NCBI GenBank assembly: GCA_046861395.1
Contig: JBHHUC010000013.1
Location: 1-42,183, forward strand
Length of the DNA stretch: 42,183 bases
Source of the DNA: Fidelibacterota bacterium
Lineage (GTDB): Bacteria > Fidelibacterota > Marinisomatia > Marinisomatales > JABMOV01
Direction: 5' to 3'
Notes under the pieces: generated by a model
What the model was told of the DNA's origin: nothing
What the model saw: only the letters and a program-made list of their open reading frames with translations
Databases searched by the model: none
Translations under genes and position numbers: made by a program
In this document: piece after piece, positions 29,865-38,500 of the stretch
Layout: every line of letters starts with the position of its first letter
Position numbering within the stretch: position 1 is the stretch's first letter

Positions 29865-31667
29865 ATGTCGATTGATATTGCAATTGTACTGGGGACGATT
29901 GCCGTGGCATTTATTCTTTTTGTCACGGAAACCTTTCCCATCGAGGTTACAGCGCTAGCCATGCTGGCCTTTTTTCTCCTTATCGGATTTCTGACGCCAT
30001 CCGAGGCCATTACCGGTTTTTCCAATCCGGCGGTGATAACCATTGCCTTGTTATTCATCCTGAGTATGGCCGTGGAAAAAACGCATATTCTCGAATTCCT
30101 GGTGGTCAAGATAAACCGGATGTTCAATAAAAACATTACGGTCGGATTATTTTTATTCCTGGTTACCATTGCCATCGCAAGCGCCCTGGTCAATAATACT
30201 GCCATCGTGGCAATTTTTATTCCCATTACAATCCGTATTGCCCAGACTTATCGGATCAGTCCTTCCAAACTCCTGATTCCCCTGAGTTATGCTGCAATAC
30301 TGGGCGGAACACTGACGCTGGTGGGAACATCTACGAACTTGATTGTGAATTCCTTGCTGGTGGAATATCCCGGGCAACGGGCCCTGGGTATGTTTGAATT
30401 CACGAAATATGGAATATTCCCTCTCATGGTTGGGATTGCCTATATCCTTTTCATTGCCCGGAAATTATTACCATCACGGACGGTGACTTCCAGTTTAACC
30501 AAAAGTTTTCACATGGGCGGTTTCCTTACTGAATTGAAAATCGAAGCCGATTCACCCTTGATTGGAAAAACCTGTCTGGAGCGGAATATTAACCAGAATT
30601 ATGATGTTACTGTTCTGGATATTCTGCGTGACAAACGCCATATTACAACGAATATTCGTAATACAGTACTGCAGGAGGGAGATGTCCTGTTTGTTCGCGG
30701 TTCGCTGGATAATTTCCTGCGAATGAAGGAAGTGGAACGAGTTGCCATGCTCACCGATCGGAAGTTGAATGAAAAAGAACTGCAGCAGGATGAGAATATT
30801 CTGGTCGAATGTCTCTTGACTGAAAAATCGGACATGATCGGGAAAACCCTCAAATCGGTGAATTTCCGTCGCAAGTTTGGAAGTTTTGTTCTGGCCATTC
30901 GAAAAGAAGGTGAGATCCTGCGGTTAAAGATCGCCCATGCTGTTCTGTCTGCCTATGATACTCTCCTGGTATATGGTCCCCGGGATAAAATCGAAACCAT
31001 GGCCGGGAAAGATGATTTCATTGTTTTGGAAGAATATAGCTCGGTTTTACATAAGCGTCGCTTCTGGTGGGTAAGTCTGGCCTTGATTATTCTGGTCGTT
31101 ATATTGGCTGCCACCGGCCTGGTGCCGATCCTGAAGGGTGCCCTTATTGCGGTCGCTATTCTGTGGCTATTCAATGTCATGACACCCAATGATTCCTACC
31201 GGGCCATTCGTTGGCAAGTGATCATCCTCATTTCAACCTTAATCCCAATTGGAATCGTAATTCAGCATTCGGGTACGGCCGATTGGATCGGCCATGAATT
31301 AGCACAAATTGTCCGTATGGTTCCGGAACGATTTGCTCCCTATGCTGTATTGGCTGCTGTATACCTGGTCACGATTTTATTGACAGAAATTTCATCCAAT
31401 GCGGCCACAGCCATTATCATGACTCCGGTTGTCATGGCCATGGCAGCAGAATTGGGACTGGAAGTCAGACCGTTTATCTTTGCCATTTGTTTTGCCGCCT
31501 CAGCATCGTTCATTACTCCGGTGGGATATCAGACAAATCTCATGGTATACGGACCGGGGGGATATAAATTCACCGATTACATGAAAGTCGGCTTCCCCTT
31601 ATCATTCCTGTTATGGATTATGGCCACACTGGTAATACCGTTACTGTGGCCGTTTACGTCTGTATAA
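29865..31667 (+). CDS. SLC13 family permease with two TrkA-C (RCK-C) domains
   Basis: GFSNPAVITI, SPSKLLIPLSYAAILGGTLTLVGTSTNL, central soluble duplicated RCK-C, TPVGYQTNLMVYGPGGY. Start set at ATG 29865 instead of TTG 29841. Confidence 0.92.
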   Translation: MSIDIAIVLGTIAVAFILFVTETFPIEVTALAMLAFFLLIGFLTPSEAITGFSNPAVITIALLFILSMAVEKTHILEFLVVKINRMFNKNITVGLFLFLVTIAIASALVNNTAIVAIFIPITIRIAQTYRISPSKLLIPLSYAAILGGTLTLVGTSTNLIVNSLLVEYPGQRALGMFEFTKYGIFPLMVGIAYILFIARKLLPSRTVTSSLTKSFHMGGFLTELKIEADSPLIGKTCLERNINQNYDVTVLDILRDKRHITTNIRNTVLQEGDVLFVRGSLDNFLRMKEVERVAMLTDRKLNEKELQQDENILVECLLTEKSDMIGKTLKSVNFRRKFGSFVLAIRKEGEILRLKIAHAVLSAYDTLLVYGPRDKIETMAGKDDFIVLEEYSSVLHKRRFWWVSLALIILVVILAATGLVPILKGALIAVAILWLFNVMTPNDSYRAIRWQVIILISTLIPIGIVIQHSGTADWIGHELAQIVRMVPERFAPYAVLAAVYLVTILLTEISSNAATAIIMTPVVMAMAAELGLEVRPFIFAICFAASASFITPVGYQTNLMVYGPGGYKFTDYMKVGFPLSFLLWIMATLVIPLLWPFTSV

Positions 31668-31700
31668 TGAACCGTAACCGATAGCCAGAATCAACATCCA

Positions 31701-32342
31701 ATGAATGAATTAACAAAATCCGAAATTGTCGAGCAGAAAAACGGATACAATTCTTCCCAGGAACAGGAAATCATAGAACAAGCGCAGCGCGGTGATTCCA
31801 GCGCCTTTGCCAAACTGGTGAAAATGTATTCCGGAAGGATATACAGCTTGGCTATCCGCATCATGCGAAATGAAGAAGATGCGGAGGATGTACTACAGGA
31901 AACATTTCTTATCATGATGAGGAAAATAAATCAATATTCCGGTCGTTCATCATTTTATACCTGGCTGTATCGCGTGTCCACCAATGTTGCTCTGGGGAAA
32001 ATAAGAGAGAAGAAACGAAGTGAAAAAAATGTTTCCATCGATGAACCCGATTTTACCGTTATCCGGGGATCACAGTTAAGTGAATGGCCTGATCATCTGG
32101 AACAGAAGCTGGAGGATGGTGCCTTCCGTGAATGTCTGACCAAGGCCGTGGATGCATTACCGGCCAATTATCGCACAGTATTCGTATTGCGGGATTTAGA
32201 AAATCTATCCACCAAGGAGACCAGTGAAATTTTGAAAATAAGTGAAGCAAATGTAAAGGTGAGGCTCATGCGAGCACGGCTGTTTCTGCGGGACCAGCTG
32301 GCACGTCATCTGAAATGTATGGAGGGAACAGATTATGAATAA
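31701..32342 (+). CDS. ECF-family RNA polymerase sigma factor
   Basis: Region 2 DAEDVLQETF...SSFYTWLYRVSTN; region 4 LPANYRTVFVLRD...VKVRLMRAR. Confidence 0.94.
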   Translation: MNELTKSEIVEQKNGYNSSQEQEIIEQAQRGDSSAFAKLVKMYSGRIYSLAIRIMRNEEDAEDVLQETFLIMMRKINQYSGRSSFYTWLYRVSTNVALGKIREKKRSEKNVSIDEPDFTVIRGSQLSEWPDHLEQKLEDGAFRECLTKAVDALPANYRTVFVLRDLENLSTKETSEILKISEANVKVRLMRARLFLRDQLARHLKCMEGTDYE

Positions 32343-32571
32343 CCACAAGAAAAATCTGCTGAAATTGCTGGAGCAGCAGTTGGGCCAGGATATTGATGCT
32401 GATTTGTTCCGAGAAGTGGCTCAGCATATGGAAGAATGTCCCGACTGTAAAATTTACGTGGATAGTGTAAAACAGACCATAAACCTGTACCGAAGTACCG
32501 AGAATGAACAAGCCATTCCCGATGACGTATCGGATCGGTTGTATAAAACATTGCAGTTAACAACGAAGTAA
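32335..32571 (+). CDS. Soluble zinc-binding anti-sigma factor (zf-HC2/ZAS)
   Basis: HMEECPDC (HxxxCxxC), overlaps the sigma stop, no TM helix. Confidence 0.85.
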   Translation: MNNHKKNLLKLLEQQLGQDIDADLFREVAQHMEECPDCKIYVDSVKQTINLYRSTENEQAIPDDVSDRLYKTLQLTTK

Positions 32572-32572
32572 A

Positions 32573-32779
32573 ATGATTGACAGCGATATCTATATAGAGG
32601 ATTTGGTCCGAGATTATCCCATAGTAGTCAAGCCCCTGGCGGACATGGGACTGGTATGTGTCTATTGCGGGGAGCCAGTCTGGGGAACCTTGGGTGAACT
32701 TATAGCCAGTAAAGGTGTAACCAAACAGGAAAGGATCATCCAAAAACTCAATGAAATTACACAATCCAATAAACCGTAA
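32573..32779 (+). CDS. DUF1858-like small protein with CxxC
   Basis: IEDLVRDYP...LADMGLVCVYCG...TLGELI pattern; 1-nt gap to the upstream gene. Confidence 0.7.
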   Translation: MIDSDIYIEDLVRDYPIVVKPLADMGLVCVYCGEPVWGTLGELIASKGVTKQERIIQKLNEITQSNKP

Positions 32780-32954
32780 CCGGCTGAAACCGTTCATCGG
32801 AATAACCGGCGGAGCTTTGGCAGGGTTTGCCTATTATTATTTCATCGGTTGTAAAACCGGCACCTGTGCCATCACCGGGCATCCTCTCAATGCAACGGTC
32901 TTTGGCAGTATCATCGGTATTCTTTGGACATTACCAGAAAAAGGGAAAAATTAA
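32751..32954 (+). CDS. DUF6132-like small membrane protein
   Basis: GGALAGFAYYYFIGCKTGTCAITGHP: two short TM segments around a CxxGxC loop. Confidence 0.75.
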   Translation: MKLHNPINRNRLKPFIGITGGALAGFAYYYFIGCKTGTCAITGHPLNATVFGSIIGILWTLPEKGKN

Positions 32955-32955
32955 T

Positions 32956-33342
32956 ATGAATTATGGTTATAAACGGGTTGTCACAAAATCCTTTGATGAA
33001 GTAAATCAAAAAATTCGTAACACATTACAGGAAAAGGGCTTCGGTGTCCTCACGGAAATCAATGTAAAGGATACGCTACGGAAAAAACTGGATGTGGATT
33101 TTAAAAAATACATTATTTTAGGTGCCTGTAATCCTCCAATTGCCCATCGGGCCCTGTCAGCAGACAACGGCGTCGGGCTATTATTGCCGTGTAATGTGGT
33201 ATTATGGGAAAATGAAGATGGCTCAACCACCGTGGCGGCCATCAATGCCCAAAAAATGCTGGCCATCACCGGTTTGGATGGACTGGATGAAATGGCCGGA
33301 AAAGTAAACGATTTGTTACGACAGGCAGTGGATGCCGTATGA
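32956..33342 (+). CDS. DUF302 domain protein
   Basis: GFGVLTEIN, YIILGACNP, GLLLPCNVV. True start ATG 32956 (MNYGYKR), 1 nt after the upstream stop; the 32827 extension in the track overlaps the previous gene. Confidence 0.88.
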   Translation: MNYGYKRVVTKSFDEVNQKIRNTLQEKGFGVLTEINVKDTLRKKLDVDFKKYIILGACNPPIAHRALSADNGVGLLLPCNVVLWENEDGSTTVAAINAQKMLAITGLDGLDEMAGKVNDLLRQAVDAV

Positions 33343-33488
33343 GTGACGTTGTTCAAATTGCTATCATTTCTACCATATGGTATATGCTCACCCGGTATGT
33401 TTTTCCAAAATTTGGAATCGGGACTTGAGGCCATCTGCCCCATACTCAGGCTGAGTCAGAAGAATTGAACGATAAACCGGAGCAATAA
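33339..33488 (+). CDS. Small single-TM protein, putative selenoprotein (29 aa if TGA is a stop; 49 aa if read through)
   Basis: Not in the ORF track. ATG overlaps the DUF302 stop (ATGA). Translation MSDVVQIAIISTIWYMLTRYVFPKFGIGT-(TGA 33426-33428)-GHLPHTQAESEELNDKPEQ-TAA, ending 3 nt before the next ATG. Confidence 0.7.
33434..33460 (+). promoter_or_regulatory. Candidate bacterial SECIS element 1
   Basis: Upper stem ACTCA/TGAGT (33444-33456) with loop GGC starting 21 nt after the UGA; possible lower stem TCTG/CAGA. Confidence 0.5.
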
Positions 33489-33491
33489 ATC

Positions 33492-33704
33492 ATGCCCATT
33501 TATGATTATCATTGTAAAAATTGTGATACCGATTTTGAAGAACTGGTCTTTTCCAGTTTGGTTCCCGATGAAGAAATTACTTGTCCCCAATGTAACAAGA
33601 ATGAAGCACAGCGCCAATTGAGCGCCCCGATGATTAGTACAGGTTCAACCGGAAGCTCCGATAGCCATTCCGGCGGATGCAACGCACCGTCAGGATTTTC
33701 CTGA
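33492..33704 (+). CDS. FmdB-family zinc-ribbon protein (possibly extended by Sec-Ala-Asn to 33713)
   Basis: MPIYDYHCKNC...FEEL...CPQC...RQLS, Ser/Gly-rich tail GGCNAPSGFS, then TGA GCC AAC TAA. Confidence 0.88.
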   Translation: MPIYDYHCKNCDTDFEELVFSSLVPDEEITCPQCNKNEAQRQLSAPMISTGSTGSSDSHSGGCNAPSGFS

Positions 33705-33712
33705 GCCAACTA

Positions 33713-33731
33713 ATATCCGCGGGACGGATAT
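33713..33731 (+). promoter_or_regulatory. Candidate bacterial SECIS element 2
   Basis: Perfect 7-bp hairpin ATATCCG-CGGGA-CGGATAT; loop begins 16 nt after the UGA at 33702-33704; no U-tract follows, so it is a poor terminator. Confidence 0.5.
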
Positions 33732-33786
33732 CGATATTACATAAACACGCATTTTCCTGTAACTTTAATGCTAATACAGGAACCAA

Positions 33787-35139
33787 ATGCAGAAAGAATC
33801 CCGACTGGATAGTTTTCTATCCAACCCTTTTAAGGCGCTATGGACATTGGCAATCCCCGTAATGGCAGGGATGGCTATTCACACGGTGTACACCGTGGTC
33901 GATATGATTTTTATTGGTCGTCTGGGAGGACACCAAATTGCTGCCGTGGCTTTCAACATGCCCCTCCTCTTCCTAGTCCTGGGGTTGACCATGGGCTTGG
34001 GAGCAGGTGTAACCGCTGCAATCGCCCGGTTTATCGGAGCGGGGCGTAAACGGAGCGCAGATAATGCCGCCGAACATGCAATGGTCATGGGAGCTGTTAT
34101 CAGTTTATTTTTAACGGGCATCGGATTATGGAAAGGCCCCTTGATGTTAAGCCTCTTAGGGGCGGAGGGCGACATTCACCGTTACGCTTGGCAATATTTG
34201 CATGTCATTGCCATGGGATTACCTTTCATGGTTTTTTCCAGTTTTTTCCGATCCATCCTATCAGGGGAAGGAGATATGAAATTCCCTATGATGGTGGCCG
34301 GCTTTGGTACGATCCTGAACATTATTCTTGATCCCATTTTTATTTTCGTTCTGAATTACGGTGTTACCGGCGCGGCGATTGCAACCATCATCAGTCAGAT
34401 TATTGTGTTTTGTATATTCCTCTATATGCTGTTTGTCAAGGAACACGCCTATGTTACCTTTGATATGAAACATTTTCATTGGACCAGCGATATTATCATT
34501 ACAATCTTGAAAGTCGGTATTCCTGCTTCCCTTTCAATGATTATCATGGCAACTGGCAGTGCTGTATTTAACCGGATTCTGACATCTTTCTCCTCTGATG
34601 CAGTGGCAGCCTATCAGGTTGCCGGACGTGTTGATATGATCATTTTTCTGCCGATAATGGGCATCGGCACAGCCTTAACGACATTGGTCGGTATGTTCTA
34701 TGGCGCAGAAAAATATCAACTGGTGCGACAGATTTCGAAATATGGCATATCCCGGGCTGTCGGAATTACAATGGTTCTTTCTCTGTTAATCTATATATTC
34801 GCAGGCCAAATTATGAGCATTTTTACGTCGGAAATCGGTATTCTCACTATCGGAACCAATTATCTGCGACTCATCTGTCTGGTTTATCCAGCGATTGCCG
34901 TGGGCATTAATGTTGGTCGGATCATGCAGGGATTGGGTCGGGGGTTACCCCAATTAACGATTACCGTCATTCGGGTGCTGGGATTATCGGTTCCGCTGTC
35001 TCTGTTGTTTACCCAGGTTTATCATAAACCCCTGGAATGGGTGTGGTATTCTATGATGATTTCCTCTCTGGTAGCGGTTTCCGTCGGCGTTCTCTGGTTG
35101 CGATCTGAATTCAAAGCCAATGTCCCGGTGGTATCATAA
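33787..35139 (+). CDS. MATE family efflux transporter
   Basis: LAIPVM...VYTVVDMIFIGRLG, NIILDPIFIF...GVTGAAIAT, duplicated halves, about 12 TM helices. Confidence 0.94.
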   Translation: MQKESRLDSFLSNPFKALWTLAIPVMAGMAIHTVYTVVDMIFIGRLGGHQIAAVAFNMPLLFLVLGLTMGLGAGVTAAIARFIGAGRKRSADNAAEHAMVMGAVISLFLTGIGLWKGPLMLSLLGAEGDIHRYAWQYLHVIAMGLPFMVFSSFFRSILSGEGDMKFPMMVAGFGTILNIILDPIFIFVLNYGVTGAAIATIISQIIVFCIFLYMLFVKEHAYVTFDMKHFHWTSDIIITILKVGIPASLSMIIMATGSAVFNRILTSFSSDAVAAYQVAGRVDMIIFLPIMGIGTALTTLVGMFYGAEKYQLVRQISKYGISRAVGITMVLSLLIYIFAGQIMSIFTSEIGILTIGTNYLRLICLVYPAIAVGINVGRIMQGLGRGLPQLTITVIRVLGLSVPLSLLFTQVYHKPLEWVWYSMMISSLVAVSVGVLWLRSEFKANVPVVS

Positions 35140-35144
35140 AGAGA

Positions 35145-35426
35145 TTGTCTCAGACGGTAATACAGCAAGAGCTGGCCAATCGCTCTGGGTGGACCTATAC
35201 CGGTGATGCCATCGAAAAAGAGTATTCTTTTTCAATCTATATGGATGGGGTCACTTTTATCAATAAACTGGCTGCCAGTGCGGAACAGTTGAACCATCAC
35301 CCTGATATTAAACTGACCTGGGGCCGGGTTTTCGTAACCCTTTCCACCCATGATGCGGCCGGGGTTACCGCACTGGATTTCCGATTCGCCGACCAGGCCG
35401 ATTCATTCTATTCCGCATCAGAATAA
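35145..35426 (+). CDS. Pterin-4-alpha-carbinolamine dehydratase
   Basis: AEQLNHHPDI and LSTHDAAGVTALD signature; TTG start. Confidence 0.9.
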   Translation: MSQTVIQQELANRSGWTYTGDAIEKEYSFSIYMDGVTFINKLAASAEQLNHHPDIKLTWGRVFVTLSTHDAAGVTALDFRFADQADSFYSASE

Positions 35427-35562
35427 ACCACGACTTTTGTCCCTGGGGCATCACAATTAATTAGTTTAAAATATTCAGTATAGACTTGAGCCTCGTCACA
35501 GGATTGGCGCTCATTTAAAGATAACTTCTGCCATAACAGCAACCTAAAAAAAGGAGGCGGTC

Positions 35563-38500
35563 ATGGTGTGCCATTTTAAATCAATTATTCCACGAACTGT
35601 TATAATTAGCCTGATATTAATTGTCGGACTGGTTACCGGAAAAAGTTCAGACCCAAATTTTCAATCCAAGACACAACGCCCCTCCGTTGAACAAGTGAAA
35701 CAAGTCAGAATGCTGCAGGCTTTGGAAAAATTCAAAGCAGAGTTCAATCAACATCGTTCTCAATCACTAAATCCTGATCAGAAGCAAATGAATGCAAAAA
35801 AGCCGAACTTGCCGAACACACCCGGTTTTTTTGCACATCACGGAAGCCGACAAGCAACCCGCGATGTTAATCGTCAGTTAATCTTTGGCAGCGGTCGGCT
35901 ATCGACTCATCCCGATTCACTTTATTTTCATTTTTTTTCGGGAATGAATGGCAGCGATACCACTGGAATGGATGTTATTCTATCCGGTAACGAAGGCGCT
36001 AATTTCGGGAATGAAGCGATGTTTGGCACTGCGTTTACAGATCCCAGTCTGCTTTATTATCTGTCACCGGACAGTAGCATGTATGCGGTACAAACGGTTC
36101 CTTCCGTTACGGATACTGCGGTGAATTGGACGGAAATTTCATGGGACTGGAGTGGCGGAAATAATTTTCAACCGGTAGTCGCTGGAAATATCTGGGTGAT
36201 CTATACCCGGACTACTCATGATTATGTTGTTATGGAAGTAACCAATTCGTCGGGTCTGAACTGGGGAAGCCCCTGGATAGAATTCGATTATCTCTATCAG
36301 GACGACGGCTCCACGACGTTCAATTCCGACTCCACGGGGTCGGCTATCGATATCGTTATCAATGGAATGGATGATGCCAATATTCTGCAGGGCGATCCTT
36401 TTACTGTGACAGTATATTTTTCTCCTGGTGAGATATCTGCTGAAATCGGTGTCTGGATTGACGGAAATGGCAACGGTGTCTTTGATACGTTGGATTACGA
36501 TCTCGGTGATTACAGTCAAATTTTCGATAATAGTGCTGAGGATGAAAATCCAGCCCCAGGTGTTTATCAATATACAGTCGATAACTTTAATGACGGTCCC
36601 AACCATGTCAGTAATCTGCAGATCTACTATACTGCGGCTGACAATGGAGGGTGGGATGTGGCATCATTATCTATCGATCCCATGATTACCGCCTATTCAT
36701 TTTCCGGTCATATCGAACCGGCTCAGGCCAATCTAATTGTTTTTGCCTTCGACATGAATGAAAATAATCCGGAAGCCAGTCCCTGGATGACGGTCACGGA
36801 TGGTGCCGGAAACTATCAGAATTACCTGCCCTATGCCGGCACCTGGTCATTGCTGGCCTTTGACTTTATCGGAGTGCTGGATGGTATGGCTCCGGACACG
36901 GCCTATTTTGATATTCCGGTTGTTGGTCATGAAACGGGATATGATTTTAATTTCTTCACACCAACCAGCGGGATGGAAGGCATCGTAAGCGATGAAAACG
37001 GTTATCCGCTGGATAGTGTTCTGGTATGGGTCAGTGGCGATGGTCCCGGCTATTCTACCGAAACAGATCAAGCGGGATACTTCTTCTTTTCTCTGGTGGA
37101 TGGTGAATGGTGGCTGAGCCTCGATGATATGGAACTGGTACCCGACTATCTGGTGCCCACTGATACGCTCGTCTACGTCCCCGAAGATGATACAACCTGG
37201 GTTGAAATCACAGCCTATTCGACGGATGCTACCATATCAGGAACCGTCTATCTTGACAATATGCCCTGGAGTGGTCCCCATGTGAAGGCCTGGTCTGAGA
37301 TTGGTTGGACACGAAGTCCCATTGGGCCTAATGGTCAATATGAATTGCATGTATTCTCAGGTGCTGACCAGTTTGGTGGATATTTTCTGAGTATTCCCCA
37401 ACATCAGTTACCCCCCAACGTGACCATTACCTACATGCCGCAAAATGTCATGTCCGGCACATCAAGCGCTGATATCTATTTAATCAGTGTCAGCGGCGGG
37501 CTGGAAGGACAGGTATTCAATGCCAGCGACGGAAGTCCGGTTCCCTATGCCTGGGTGCATGCCACAAATGATATGTTCGGTCAGGGTGTCGGTACGGATG
37601 CCAATGGGAATTATTATCTACCCCTGCCCAACGGTGATTACACGGTGGATGTAGGTGCCGATGGTTACTTCAGTCAGCATTTTGAACATGTCATCATTCA
37701 GGACAATATCCTGGCGATGGATTTCTTCCTCAATGAATTCACGGTCGGTGGTATTATTTCCGGCTATGTGTATGATGATGAAACCGGAGCCGGAATTGTC
37801 GATGCTCATGTGATGATCGGCAATGATTTCTTCTGGAATGATACCTGGACGGATATGAACGGGTATTATGAATTTGAAGTCCCCAACGGGGTCTATTCCA
37901 TGGTCGTGGAAGCAGAAAACTATATTCAATCTTACGTCGAAGGAATTACAGTGCAGGATAATGATGTCAGTCAGGATTTCTATCTGACTCCAATCGTCCT
38001 GAACGCCGTTATCGAAGGGTTAGTGGTGGATATGATGACCGGTGGTCCAGTAATCGGTGCCGAAGTCTATGCCATGGGAATGTATTACCAGACGATGACA
38101 ATGAGCACAACAGACGGGTACTTCTACATGGACGTTCCCAGTGATTCCTTCTATGTCTGGGCACAGGCTCCCGGATTTGGTTATTCCGATCCCATCCCAG
38201 TCTTCGTCGCGGCTGACGATACGGCCTATGTGGTTTTGGAACTGCATCCACCGACGGTGAATCCACCCCAGATTCTGGGTGTTTTCGATGTTCCCATGGA
38301 TCAGGGAAAACAGGTTCATATTGTCTGGTTGCCAGGTAGTAATAACAGTGATTTTCCTATTATCGAATTCAGTATCTGGCGATTGCTTCCTTACGCGGAA
38401 ATCCCGCTCTGGGACTACGTTGCCACCGTTCCTTTCCATGGAATGGAACCCTATTCCACGGTTGTACCGACCCTCGTCGATTCCAATATGTATACAGGTC

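Noticed and set aside
33713..33731. Hairpin after the FmdB gene read as an intrinsic terminator
   Set aside because: No following U-tract and an AT-rich stem base; position fits a SECIS better, though a terminator is not excluded
36455..36500. DGNGNGVFDTLD as a dockerin partner for the cohesin-like protein
   Set aside because: Single Ca-loop-like motif; dockerins need two tandem loop-helix repeats
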